Shown here: piece by piece, positions 13,250-28,769 of the stretch
How the letters are laid out: every line of letters begins with the position of its first letter
Position numbering within the stretch: the stretch's first letter is position 1
DNA from: Octopus vulgaris
Taxonomy: Eukaryota
Direction: 5' to 3'
Assembly (NCBI GenBank): GCA_951406725.2
Contig: OX597825.1
Coordinates: forward strand, 82,646,001-82,710,000
DNA: 64,000 bases
The notes under the pieces: generated by a model
What the model saw: the letters and a program-made list of their open reading frames with translations, nothing else
The model's database searches: none
What the model was told of the DNA's origin: nothing
Made by a program: the position numbers and the translations under genes

Positions 13250-14020
13250 TCTATTTTGGCGTTCGTAAATTCTTGCCTAATTCCATCGTTTCCTATGGAC
13301 GATAGGTCATCGACGATGTTTCTGCTAACGTCTTGACTCCAGTGAGGTATGACCTATTTGTCTATTTCTGTGGGAAGGCTATGACGTGATCTTGTTGGTT
13401 TCGAATTGCCAACGGAGCTTCTGTGACTAGTTTTTTCTAGTTGGAAATGTTGTCCCTATGCAAAAAATTGTTACGTCTGTGACGAGGTGGTCAGTATTAT
13501 TCTGACGACTATCTTTGACTTGTACAATATGGAAAGCTCCGCCATAAGTTTGCCCTCCGCTGACTTAGATCTCAGAGTCATTGAGGCATCAAAGCCATCA
13601 CACTGTATCAAGGACTGGACCTCGTTGTGGATGTGGTCACTATTCCTACTAGAAATAACCACCAAATTACCACAAATCATGTTTAATATTTCATTTAAAG
13701 AACATGTCTCATTCGAAGACGTGTCGCCGGAAAATGAACACACGACCGAATATCTTGACCAGATCTGTATTCACAATTGAAGAAACTAGAACAATTACTA
13801 TAATGTGTCATACCCTTGAATATGCCTATCTACCCCGCTCCCAGATTGGTACTTGTTTATAGGTACCAGGAGAAAAACCAAAAAGAAAAAAAATATGACA
13901 TGGGCGGGAGTTGAAATTACGGCGCTGAGAGTTGGAATACATACCATAAATCAACCAAACCAAAGCTCTACAGTTTTCGGGTACCGAACAGGAAACATCA
14001 ACGCAATGACTCATGTTAAT
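13250..14020 (-). pseudogene. highly degenerate RTE-like RT remnant
   Basis: LRSKSAEGKLMAELSILYKSKIVVR resembles the RTE segment HTRSDGKLFNL..LRAKTKVR preceding FADD. Confidence 0.4.
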
Positions 14021-14111
14021 ATATTAATCTGATCTTAGCAAGCGCGGAGTAGTTTATGCTCAGCTGAAGAGATATTTTACACTGCAGAAACACGTGCAGA
14101 AGTGTCACATA

Positions 14112-14325
14112 TATTTCTTTACAGCCCACAAGGGGTTAAACACAGAGAGGAAAAACAAGGAGAGATAAACGGATTAAGTCGATTATATCGACCCCAATGC
14201 GTAACTGGTGCTTAATTTATCGACTCCGAAAGGATGAAAGGCAAAGTCGACCTCGGCGTAATTTGAACTCAGAACGTAACGGCAGACGAAATACGGCGTG
14301 CCAACGTTTCTGCCAGCTCGCCGCC
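14112..14325 (-). mobile_element. SINE family A
   Basis: Reverse complement of the family A head, core and tail. Confidence 0.85.
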
Positions 14326-15175
14326 TATCTTCATTGTCACTTATAACAAGCATGATTGAGCTAGGTGTGGTTAATTAATGAATGCATTAATTAAGTAGGT
14401 ATTTCTTGAGAACTTTTGAGCCATAGTATGATCTTCGTAAATATTTTGCTACTTTTTTCTGGTATTTCATTGATCATTTTTAGCTTTCACCAATAGGTCA
14501 TTTTATTCTCTATCTCTTAAAGCACTGAACATATATCGAGCCATGATCAAAGCTTCTACGTTGTTAGTTGACGTACTATAAATAAAAGACGTATCTCCCT
14601 CAAATCACACAATGCTTCTTAAAATGGTTGAACGTTATATTTATCTAAATTATTGTAGTGCTCTGTGTATTACACCTTAAGTATAAACTGGATACTCAAA
14701 ACTGGAATGCTACAGAATGGTTTGGACTAAGTTGGAAGCAACAGTGACATCAAAAACCTACAAATTTCACATGATAGTTGCTTATAGAATATATTTCTAG
14801 ACATTGGCCAACACTTGATCACATATAAACGCATGTTGCTTGAAAATTTACTACGAAATAACGAAACAAGAGACAAGACGTCTATTTTAGATAACCGTTC
14901 AGCGAAAGATTGAAATGGCAAACTATTATTGATTTTTTAAGCTTAAGTCCGTCATCATAAAGTGATACAGAGTGAAGAATGAATGTTGAGGAACGAGAGA
15001 GAAAATGGGGAATTAGTGAGAATGCGTGTTGCGCAGAGCCCAAAATGTATTTCTAGTGACCAGGCCGGAAGTGGACTCAAATGAGTGCGATTTTCACCTG
15101 CGTAATATACACACCTACACGCATATACGTATGTGTGTGAATGTATCTGTGTGTATCTGTATTTATATATGCATA

Positions 15176-15387
15176 CCGGGAAGCTTTATGAAAATAAACA
15201 AAAGACGAAGGCAGGTGGAATACAAACAAACAATTGTATTAGTATGGCGCTCAGGAATATAAATAAAACAAGTCTTTTACGTTTCGAGCCTACGCTCTTC
15301 AACAGAAAGATACACAGAAAAGAAACACGGAGAGAAACAAGGAGAGAAAAAAAATGCGTGCAGAAGCTAGCGAATCAACATGGCGAT
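15176..15387 (-). mobile_element. pLTR-like short element with hammerhead motif at 15273-15310
   Basis: UCUUU-CUGUUGA-A-GAGC(GUAG)GCUC-GAAACGUA-AAAGA; homologous to 10838-11048. Confidence 0.7.
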
Positions 15388-15630
15388 GTTTTATCTATCT
15401 TTCTATCTATCTATCTATCTATCCTTTTATCTATCTATCTATCTATACAAATATACACACACACACAAACATATATATATACGTCTAAGTAAATTGGTAT
15501 ATAGATATAGATGATAGATCGATCGATACATAGATAGACAGACAAACAGACGGATAGCTAGATAAATAGATAGATAGATAAATAGATAGATAGATTGACA
15601 TACAGACAGGTAGACAGAAAGACAGACAGG

Positions 15631-15677
<47 letters not shown>

Positions 15678-17001
15678 GCAGATGAATACATAGACAGACA
15701 GACAGACAGGCGGATAGATAGATAGGTAGATAAATAGATAGATAGGCAGACAGGTAGACAGATAGACTGACAGACAGGCATATACAGAGATAGATATCAA
15801 ACTGCTTAAATGTATTCCCGGATTGAACCATTTACACTAGAAATGTAATTAGATTTATACACTGTGTTTAAAGAAAAGTAAAATAGCTTCTGTATTGTTA
15901 TACAACTTCCCTGTCCCAACTATAAATATAGTTTTGGATCTTGACAAACTCTCCCCCATTCGCTCTTCCTATTTCCTCCCACCTCAAATACATCAAACTA
16001 TTTGTGGTATGCTGCATAAACGATGACATAACTTTCGAAGAAGTAATTCTTGTCTTTTTTTTTCTTGGTCTTTTTAGTTTTCCGGAATAGTTTTATTTAC
16101 TTTCTCGTTCAGACGAAATACTAAATTTAAAACCGTTGCGTGTTAGCAGGAACAAATAATTTCCTATAGAGCTTGATTGTGCGGCCTCAGTAGAATTACT
16201 CGCCTTTCTTTCTTTCTCGTTGACTTAGTGTGGAATAAACTATTTATAAATATATCGATTGTCAACTATCTCTTTACCTATCCATCTCTACTTTGTTTTC
16301 CTGAAATTTGTCTATATGTTGAATGAGTCTTTGTTTAATTTTCGGTTTACTAGCGAAATCTAAAGCTGAGTTTCGGTGAATCACGCTATGTATGTATATT
16401 CACATTTGTCTAGCGTATGTTCATTCATTTTACCTTCAACCGAAAGAATAGTCACTACACCAGAGCAGGAAACACTGACAGACACTCGAACTAATTTAAT
16501 AATAAAACTTTAAATTATATAAAGAAAATTAACATCACGTTTCTGTTTGTGAAAACCGCTTAACAAGTCTCTAAATTTGGTGTCGTAATGTGACAGCAGT
16601 ATTAGTAGAAGGAACGTTAGGAAAGAAGCATACAATGATTCTAAGGTGGGAAGATGGAAACGAGAGCAACATAAGTTAATAACAATTAGTATAAGACTTA
16701 GAAGTCTTTCTTTTACGTACAAGATGTATTTCTTAGCGATAACATTAGCGGTCGTAATTACAATTTCCATGATTGATTGAATTATAAAACAAGTATTATA
16801 GAATAAAGACCAGTGGTGTGTCCTTCGATACTATAGAAGTAACCTCACCCGAAGAAGGTTATTTCATGATTGCTCATAAATAATTAATTTAAAGCTTTTG
16901 TTTCTCTTACAAATAAAAGCAAGGTCGCATTGCATTTTTGTCAGACTGCAATAACGATACATGTGCAACGCACATATTTTACTAATATTTTTTAACATTA
17001 T

Positions 17002-17190
17002 ATTTCGTTTTTGGATTTGGTTGCAAGATTCTTATTATGATTTCGTGTGTTGAAGCATATTCTTTTGTGTCTGGGGAGAGTCATTTTCTTTTTGTGCCTT
17101 ACAATATAACACACTCACCGGTGAAATTTCCATTTATTTCATATTTTTATTCTCCTAAAAGTTTCGTTGCGTCTTGCAACCTTTTCAATT
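17002..17190 (-). mobile_element. pLTR-like element with U3-A8 hammerhead-like core
   Basis: Minus strand UUGAAAA-G-GUUGC(AAGAC)GCAAC-GAAAC at 17161-17188; homologous to 4483-4670. Confidence 0.6.
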
Positions 17191-17229
17191 AAAAACACAC
17201 GAAGAAGCAACGGTTATGATAAAGTTGTT

Positions 17230-17388
17230 GCAGGCGTGGTTTTGTGGATCGAAGCTTGCTTCTCAACCACATGGTTCCAGGCTATGCCTCTGCGTGCCAA
17301 CGTCGGCAAAAGTCTTCTATTATAGATTTGGGTCGATGGAAGGCTTCTGAGAGGATTTGGTAGACGGTCAGTGAAAGAATTTCGTCGC
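17230..17388 (+). mobile_element. SINE family B, 5' part
   Basis: gcaggcgtgg..aaccacatggttccagg..ggatttggtagacgg matches the copies at 26060 and 51143. Confidence 0.7.
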
Positions 17389-17425
17389 TTACATACATAT
17401 ATACATACATACCTACACAGACACA

Positions 17426-17472
<47 letters not shown>

Positions 17473-18337
17473 ACACAAGCACACACTCGCACAAACAGCC
17501 ACACAACAAAAACATACATGCGTGTGTGTATATGTACATGTGAGAGTGTGCGTCGCGCGTTTATGTGCATATGTGAGTGTGTGTGTGCACGTGTGTACAT
17601 GTATGTGTGTGCGCGCGCCCGTTTGAAGCTGAATATCTCTATAATTCTCACTCTGCGATATAAAACAGCTCGCGTGTGTTCCAATGTATTGCGTGCACAA
17701 ACTAAAAATACAACCAGATGAATTATACTCGTATTTGAATAGACACTTTATTGGCTATTCCATTCTTTAATATCTATTTTTGTTTCAGAAATATTTAGCA
17801 AGATAAAGCCGGAATACAATGTGAATAATAAAGCATAATGAAAAAATAATTCATATACCATTTATTTGTAAACGTATACATAAAATGATTAAAGCTAGTG
17901 TTTGGAATTTTAATTCAATATTTCGGTCGTTCTGTTAGAGTATAATCTTATTTTGAAGACGCCAGAGTCGCCGTCTGGCGATCGTTTACGATTTTGCTAT
18001 AAACTAGTAATGAGAAAATAGAAAACTAGGCTGCGAGTTGCAGAACGTTGATTTACCAATGCTGTTACAAGTCACGGAGGAAAGGTATGGAATTAGCCTC
18101 GGTAGACATGAAAGGTTAAGGTGAGGAAAGTGTCGAAAGGTGATGGTAAAATGCGATCTCATTTCTGATAGAGAGAGAGAGAAAAAAACAAAGAACAAAC
18201 ACACCACGAGTGTGCTGAGTAAAATCATATGATAGAACACGTAAGTAGATTAATACATCACATAGCTCTATACAATATACACCTATAAAAGTAATGCGCT
18301 TTGGTTTGTGTGTACACACGTCTATGAAAATATATTC

Positions 18338-18381
<44 letters not shown>

Positions 18382-18382
18382 A

Positions 18383-18462
<80 letters not shown>

Positions 18463-18718
18463 GCAAGCGCAAAAGTGAGGCAGATGAACGTTTATGTGTG
18501 TCTGTGTGTATAGTTGTGTGGGTATGTTCGGGGAGCGAGAGACGGATGTGTAGATACGCATGTATACAGATATATACGCATATTAGTGTATTAATAAGCA
18601 TACATATATAGTCATATATATGCACATTAATACAAATGTACCTATATCTATCTATATCTATAGTACACACACACACACACACACACACATATATGTGCGT
18701 GTATACACATATATGTGC

Positions 18719-18755
<37 letters not shown>

Positions 18756-19415
18756 TATATAAATTGAGACACATATACCTATAAAACACTTTACATTTAA
18801 TCTATGAATGTTACGAACCCCACATATAGATAGTAACAAAATATATATATTTGGAAATGGCGACTATTTCTGCTAGACCTTATTATAAATAGACGAGGTA
18901 TCTAACCAATTCTCGTTTATTTCATATATTTAACTAAATAGACAGGAAAAGAAAGGCTGCTGGCGGTGAGGGGGAAGAGATAGTATGAGATGAAAAAATA
19001 ATTCGAAAAAAATTGTGAAGTACAGAGGCATCACTATCGGATTTGGTTGGTCCATATTTTTAGAAAGTTCATTCACGAAGAACTATTTATTGTCCACATG
19101 CATTAGCAAGAATTACTTTTGCGAAAATATTAACTCGTACTACAAAGGTAGATTATTGCACTACGACATCACATGTCTGCCTTCTCTGTCTGCCTGTCTG
19201 CAATCACACACACACACACAAACTCATACACGATATACATAAATACACAATATATATATATATATATATATATTCTTTTTTTAACTACAGTTTTGCATAC
19301 ATACATACCTGCATACATAGATAATACGTATGTATATTTATTATACACAAATACACACATACACACATACATATATATATATATATGCATATATATATAC
19401 ATATATATAAATATA

Positions 19416-19461
<46 letters not shown>

Positions 19462-20281
19462 CATATGTATATATATAAACATATATATGTATATATATAT
19501 ATGTGTATATATACATATATCTGTATATATATATGTATGTATGTACATATATATATGTATATATATAAATGTATTTATATACATTCATCTATATTCATTA
19601 TTTTGTCTGCGCTCTGGATGTTTTTCAATCACTTTGGGTCAGCCTTGTTCAAGGAGACATGTGATCAGGTTTATGGAAGCCTTCATCATCTTGTCTTCTT
19701 TCAGACAATATTTTATTGTATTCTGCTTTATTTTATGTCTTTCCTTTTTTTCTTAATGACGGCGGTTTATATTTTGATAAAAAACAAACGTTGGTTCTTC
19801 TTTCAAACATTTGGCCGCTATGTGTGTCTGTGTATTGAAAGTTTTGTGTACCACATCGAGTTGGGAAATCCAAATTTAGGAAAAAAAGTGCCACAATTAG
19901 GGATATTGTTGTGAAGCCTTCAAACAAATTCATTCAATCGAAGTTGTAAGTCATGTTTGGCTCTTATAATGACATACGTAAGATTTCTATATAAGACCAT
20001 TTCGTATTTCTTTTATTACATTCCGTACGTAAAATACTCTTCTTACTGTTGTGTATGTTTAGGGAGGGCAACATTATCCCTCTTTCGACGATGGCGTGTT
20101 TATAACACACTCGGCTCATTGACTCAAGGGATTCTGGAACTCAAACGTTTCGACATATCGTGTTTCGTCAGCTTGAATAAGGCGCATCTCCTGAAACAAA
20201 ACAAAACAACGGCTTTAGAATTTCCGCCAACAAATATTTTTTTATCAGTGCTTAACTTTCTAACTCTCACCACCCGTCTTT

Positions 20282-20313
<32 letters not shown>

Positions 20314-20584
20314 CTCTCTTTCTCTCTATCTATCTATCTATTCATCCACCTCTTTGTCTGTCTGTCTGTCTCAATATATTTGTCTTACTATTTGTCTTAA
20401 GATATGCATGTATATATATATGTGTGTGTGTGTGTGTATGCCTGTGTGTGTGTGCGCGTGCGTTTGCGTGTGTATGTGTGTTCATATATATATATATACA
20501 TGCACACACATGCAAACCCCATGTATATGTACGTGTGTGCGTGTGTGGATGTACACATGGATTGTCTCTTCTTTGGCGTTTATA

Positions 20585-20716
20585 TTCCCCCCTGGACAGG
20601 ACTTTTTCCGTACCATGGTTACTACTGTATTCCATCGCCACTGGACCAACGTGAAGAGAAGTGCTTTGATTAAGAACAAACTGCTTTGCCCGGTCCAGGT
20701 TTCGAAACCACAATCT
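20585..20716 (-). mobile_element. degenerate tRNA-type SINE
   Basis: Minus strand gtggtttcgaaacctggaccggg..tgttctt..cacttctcttcacgttg..cctgtccagggggaat. Confidence 0.45.
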
Positions 20717-20757
20717 TAAAAACCATCCATGCATACATATATACATGAACAGTTATA

Positions 20758-21148
20758 TCTGTATATATATAAAGCTGAAGTTGTCTGTGTATGGCAGCTT
20801 TGGTAGCCTTCAACTAACACTATCTCCTCCGAGACCCTGCAGTGCAAGTTGACCAAAATTGAGAGTATGATAGAAGAAGGCTTGCTCTTCCTTCCGTAGG
20901 AGAAAAATTTCAAATCTGACCATGTTAACACCAAAAATTATTTACATCAAAAAGGTGCTGTTTTTCTATGAAAAGCCCTATTTTTAAGATGTTTTGACTG
21001 CTGTGTCGCCATTTTTCGGTGTATTTCAACCAGAAAAATGTTCACTTAAAGAGAATAACAAGCTACATAATGCAAAATTTTTACTTTTCAAAAATTCCAA
21101 TTCTAAAGGGTCGAAACAAACCCGAGCAACGCCGGGCGATACTGCTAG
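20758..21148 (+). mobile_element. non-autonomous Helitron, body type 2
   Basis: A|TC start, CCCGAGCAACGCCGGG hairpin, CTAG|T end; five copies in the window. Confidence 0.8.
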
Positions 21149-21168
21149 TACATATTTATATAGGTTCA

Positions 21169-21211
<43 letters not shown>

Positions 21212-21919
21212 TGTGTGTGTGTGAGAGAGAGAGAAACTGAGCATATTTTGTATTACTGTTATATAACAACTGTGTACTGTATAAATATGTTTACTGTGAG
21301 CATCAAAAAGTGTTATGGAAATGCAAGTAGTTGGTAATGGGTATCTTGTTCCGGTCTAACGCCTTCTATGAAAAGCATCAAATTTTCTTTGGATGTTTGT
21401 TAGTATTAGAGATACCAGTTAAGATATTAGACTTTCACTAAATATTTGTTTAAGCGACCAGCTATGAACAAAAATATGCAATGAAGACTGTTAATATTTA
21501 ATGATATAAAGCATAAATAGCCTCAAAGCATGTAGATATATCCATGGAGTAATATTTCTGCAACTATTTTAACAAACACATTATTCCTAAAACAAATTTA
21601 AAGGAGTTATTACGTTAGATAAAGTAAATGGTTAAAAATTATTAAAAATATTCAATATATACATAATATTCGTTATAGATGCAGCTATTTTCCGCTGCTA
21701 GAATTTTCAGGCTTAAATAAGTTGACAATTCTGAATAAAATATAAATAAAAAATGATTCGGTGATTTAGTGAATAATTTTCTGTTGCTTTCATTCATGTT
21801 TGCAAAGACTCTTCAGTTCATCTTTCGGTTTATCTTGCCACGCAGATAGTGGCCAACACGCCAGATTCCTAGTTTCTTTTCTTTAAAATATAAATCAGCT
21901 TTATAATTCGTTAATAGTC

Positions 21920-22500
<581 letters not shown>

Positions 22501-22819
22501 ATAATTATTAGTGTGTGTGTGTGTTTCTGTACGTGATTGAACTTATGTCCATCAATTATCTACAGATGTTGTTATGCATGTGCCTCACCTTAATTAATTT
22601 CACTATCATTACGAGGACAAAAACTAAAATGAAATTATGTAAAAAACCAGTTTCCGTGATCTTTTATTTAATATAAAACGTGTTAAATAAAATTAAGGTT
22701 CATACGTAAACGCATTTTCATTCAGAAACACGCATGCGCATATACACGACTGCACACACCTATATATTTACTCCTCCACAAGTATACAGATAAACACACA
22801 CACACGCACATATATAAAC

Positions 22820-22886
<67 letters not shown>

Positions 22887-22887
22887 A

Positions 22888-22938
<51 letters not shown>

Positions 22939-23688
22939 TATGAGATAAAGGGAAAGAGAGATATATACGAAATATGCATAAAATAGCTGAAGATCTCTCA
23001 CACGCTGACGCACATGTAGACACCCACACACACATACACCCCCCCACACACACACACACATAACACGTACACACACAGGCAGAGGCCTTGGCACACAGAC
23101 ACACACTGTTGCATGCCTATAGTTTTTATGTATGTATGTATGTACCTATCTATCTATATGTGGGTGTGGGGGTGCGTGTGAAAGAGCACATGCGTGTGTG
23201 CCTATGTCCATTTTTATATCAACTCGTGCGCATGCTCTGTCTTATAAATAAGCATTGAGAGACAAAGTAAAATATTGCGCGTTTAATTGTCGAAAGTTTT
23301 GATTTATTCTGTTTTGCATGGACAGATTTTCTTCCTAATTACGTTATACTAATGAAGCAACCTCATTAGCGAATTAATTTTAGTTTCGTATGAATTGTTT
23401 TTATAAAGATTTATCAATACGACACATGCATGTACGGAAGTCTGACGATGACATATTTTTTCTGACGCTAAATGCTGAGAAGTGTCAATATATATGCTTG
23501 TATGGATGTCCATCATGTCAGTAACCGTATCCGACAATATCGCATTCGTGAATATACAACGGTATACAAATTTGATATAGCGAAATGTGTTTCTGGCTGT
23601 CGACCACAAAACATGAGCGATGTTGGAAACATTTAACCATGCTAAATAGATATAAGGAATATTTTTGGTAAACTATAAACCTGAGCGT

Positions 23689-23726
<38 letters not shown>

Positions 23727-23908
23727 GAGAGAGAGTTAACTTCATGTTTGAGGCTCCGATGAGGGTGCAAGTCAAGGTTGATAGTCAAGCTCACATCTAT
23801 GAATTCACTGCATCCCATAGCAGCAACAGCTGTAAGCTGATGAAAATGCATAACATAATCACTTATTACTTTGTCAGCTCTGTCTCTCTCTTTTTCACTC
23901 TCCCCTCA

Positions 23909-24819
<911 letters not shown>

Positions 24820-24820
24820 T

Positions 24821-24936
24821 GTTTGTGAAGCATGTGCCTGGTGTACCCTGATCAGACGGGTAGTCATGAGGGTTATACTGGGCTTCGTATATTTTACCCC
24901 AGTGTCACTTTGATGGCATGCACTGCTCTCTCGCAC
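24821..24936 (+). repeat. short element 3' end embedded in (TAA)n
   Basis: ~116-bp unique block flanked on both sides by long (TAA)n. Confidence 0.45.
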
Positions 24937-24945
24937 AATAATAAT

Positions 24946-25133
<188 letters not shown>

Positions 25134-25710
25134 TGATGATGATGATGATGATAATAGATATTTAATTTGTGTTACAATTTCTAGAATCAATCATCAGTTC
25201 CAATACATAAATCATTAAACAAAGGACATATTAAAATCTTTATTATATCTTCGACACATATGTATAACGTTTCGATAACCGTTTTAAGTACCATGTTTTA
25301 GTTACAGATATGGATTACTTTATTCTGTATTTCATTGTCAACAGTAAGTTTAGATACACAATTAATTATACAGGTTTTATTTTCTCGCACAGTTCTCTAT
25401 ATATATTGATAGAGTTCAATTTAAACAGATCGGTGTCGTTTATCATCTCAGCAGTTTTCATTCAATAAATAGCGGAAATAAACTAGTCCGTTGTTAGTTT
25501 ATTTGTTACGATTAAACATAAATCATGGTTTTAAACTGACATTCAATGGATTAAATCATCCTGTAATACGACATAAATCAATAACAAATGTTGTTTTTGT
25601 TTTTCTTCTTCATTTAATATGCTAAAAAATATACCAAAAAAATATATTAAAAAAATATTGATGTTGGTATCGTTTCCCGTCGTACCAAGATATTTAAATT
25701 AAAACAACAA

Positions 25711-26004
25711 GGCGGTGAGCTGGCAGAAACGTTAGCACACCGGGCGGAATGCGTAGCCGTATTTCGTCTGCCGCTACGTTCTGAGTTCAAATTCCGCCGA
25801 GGTCGACTTTGCCTTTCATCCTTTCGGGGTTGATAAATTAAGTACCAGTTACGCACTGAGGTCGATGTAATCAACTTAATCTGTTTGTCTGTCCCTGTTT
25901 GTCCCCTCTATGTTTAGCTCCTTGTGGGTTGTAAAGAAATAGGTATTTCGTCTTCCGTTACGTTCTGAGTTCAAATTCCGCCGAGGTCGACTTTGCCTTT
26001 CATC
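25711..26004 (+). mobile_element. SINE family A with partial second unit
   Basis: Full unit, then junction GAAATAGGTATTTCG at 25936-25950 restarting the body. Confidence 0.85.
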
Positions 26005-26059
26005 AAATATGTTTCCTATCTATCCCTGTTAGATATATAGGGGCAGGCGTGGCTTTATA

Positions 26060-26475
26060 GGCGCAGGAATTGTTGTGTGATAAGAATCTTGTGTCTTAAC
26101 CTCATGGTTCCAGGTTCATTCCAACTGCGTGGCACCTTGAACATGTTTCTTCTGCTGTTGCCGTGGGCCAACCAAAGCTTTGTGAGTGGATTTGATAGAC
26201 GGAAACTGGAAGAAGCTCGTTGTATAGCTGTACATATATCTATGCTTGTGGCTTTGTGATAGTATTTGTCCCCCAACTGCGCTTGACAACTAGTATAGGT
26301 GTGTTTTCGTTCTTGTAACTTAGCGTTTCAGCAAAACAGACGGATATAATAAATACCAGGTTTAGCAAAGAAAAAGAAAAAAAAAACCCACTGCTGTCGG
26401 TCTATTCGATTAGACATTCTTGAAGGTGATGCGCCCCATCGGGGCCACAGTCTAATGACTGATTCAAGTAAAAGA
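26060..26475 (+). mobile_element. SINE family B, near full length
   Basis: GGCGCAGG head, ggttccaggttca B-box-like motif, gtaacttagcg middle, ggccacagtctaatgactga tail. Confidence 0.75.
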
Positions 26476-26958
26476 TATACTTTCTGAAAATCAGAAACCG
26501 AAAAGAAAATGGGCTGCCGCTAGGCTCCTCGAAAGGGCGTGTCTAGGTGCGAAGATTATCCTCGTGGTTTTTCCACGTCCCCGTAAGCGGAGACCTACTC
26601 GTGCCTCTGGAGAGAGATCCAACCTGAGACGTTGCTACACTGCCTAATCTGCTTAAAGTACAAACGAAGTCAACGTGTTCTTGGTAAAGCAGGAGTTGGA
26701 ATAAATATCTGATAAAATAGCACTGTTACTAAAAATTCAATCAATGACGAAGTGTCGCTGGCAGTGTACTATTCTATATAGCCATGCATCTGTCCGCCTG
26801 AGATCCGCGCATGTTTCAACCCCAAAGCATTACATTTCCTGTGGCTATCGTACAAAATGTTTGCTTAAGATATTGTTAAAACCTAAATTATATTATAGGT
26901 CTGCTACTATATGTGGGTGATTATACACTTAGATATATAATTACGTATATGTACTATG

Positions 26959-27017
<59 letters not shown>

Positions 27018-27760
27018 GTATAGTTGTGTAATTATACATATATGTATATATATATATATATGTATGTATGTATGCATGTATATATGTATGTGTCTATATA
27101 ACCATCTATCTATATACATATACATATCTGTGTGTGTGTATTACATATATGACTATACAATCTTTGTTTACCGCCAAAATATATATTCGGCTCCTACACT
27201 TTCATAGATTATAATAATAATTAATAATAACGGTAACTTATTATGCCTTAATTAGTTTTAACCCAAGTTTAGTAATAAAATAACCTGAGATTCTCTTTTC
27301 TTTCTTTTTTTTCCAGAAAGTAATTATCTTCAATTTCAAAATAAAACGGAAATGAAAGCTGCAAAGAATATCCAATATTATAAATATAAACCCATTCAAG
27401 CAAAGCCTCCAACTAATAGATATGAATTCATAACAGAGGAAGTTGATGCAAAGCTGCTTCAAACAAATGTTCACGAAATGTGTAGCAGTGCTAACATATC
27501 GTCAAATTTAATATAACATTAATTTCGTGCATCGTTGATTTAGGCTAGATTGATAATAAGATAACTTTGAATAAAAGATCTTTAAATTACGGAGAGTATT
27601 TTATGTATATATTTGTGCACTGAACACATTTTGAATTTGCTGTGAAGATCAAACTACTAGCCAAAGAAAAATGGCTACAGTCAGACAAAACAGTCTGTGT
27701 ATATATGTAATCTTGGAAGGAAAGCTTGTAAGTGCTGAGGTCTAGATTAACTAAAAGACA

Positions 27761-27960
27761 TACGGGGGTGGTTCTGGAAAGTTCACAAGAGGATCAGTTA
27801 ATTATGATTTTATTCAATATATTTCTCTCTCAGATTCACACTCTTATTGCAGCGGTTCTTCTCTAATACCTGCAAAAAGAACTCGAGAGGTTGGGCCTCC
27901 AAACAAACCTCTCGTGATACCCTTAAAGACAAAAGCATTCTGCCCCACCCCTTCTGGAAA
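27761..27960 (-). mobile_element. mariner transposon right-end remnant
   Basis: TA+CGGGGGTGG..GAAAGTT terminus; minus-strand EAQPLEFFLQVLEK..RCNKSVNLREKYIE* resembles a mariner transposase C-terminus. Confidence 0.7.
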
Positions 27961-28008
27961 TACAATTTATGTGTTCCTTCTAAAATTTGCATGAAGATTA
28001 TTTCAAAA

Positions 28009-28394
28009 CTAGCAGTATAGCCCAGCGTTGCTCGAGCTTGTTTTCTTTACGACCCTTTAGAATTGGAATTTTTGAAAAGTGAAAATTTTGCATTATGTAA
28101 CTTGTTATTCTCTTTAAGGGAACATTTCTCTATTTGAAATACACAGCAGTCAAAAAATCGTAAGAAATAGGGATTTTCATAGAAGAAAAGCACCTTGTTG
28201 ATGTAAATAATTTTTGGTGTTAATATGGTCCGATTTGACTTTTTTCTTCTACGGAAGGAAGAGCAAGCCTTCTTCTATCATATTCTCAACTTTGGTCGAC
28301 TTGCGCCGCAGGGTCTCGGAGGAGATAGTATTAGCTGAAGGCTACCAAACCTGCCGTATACAGACAACTTCAGCTTTATATATATATATATCGA
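28009..28394 (-). mobile_element. non-autonomous Helitron, body type 2
   Basis: Reverse complement of 20758-21148 with CTAG terminus. Confidence 0.8.
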
Positions 28395-28769
28395 TTTGTT
28401 ACAGCGAATGCCTTTTCATCAGTCAAATCGCGTTTGGGATTTTCCTGTTGATATTATGAAAGAACTATCCTAAAAATGTTTTTTTTATATGAATAACTAA
28501 ATATGCAGTCTGGTTATGCGCACATGCGGTACTCGTAGGTGCCTCCCAGCACGCGCAAGATATTAGCTAAACTTTTAAGTCCTCACTTCATGCGGTAGAT
28601 GTAGTAACCAAATGAAAGATCTATATGGAATCAAATATTTGCCGTATCAGGGTTGGCCGGTGGTTAATAAACAAAGACATCAAAATACGTTTTACCATCA
28701 GCAGCCACAACAATATCACTAGCGACATATTCGTTTGCTTACATTTTGACAGACACAAATTAGGAGAAA

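Noticed and set aside
19733-19933. 66-aa ORF with a hydrophobic, signal-peptide-like N-terminus
   Set aside because: No recognisable homology; such ORFs are expected by chance in AT-rich DNA
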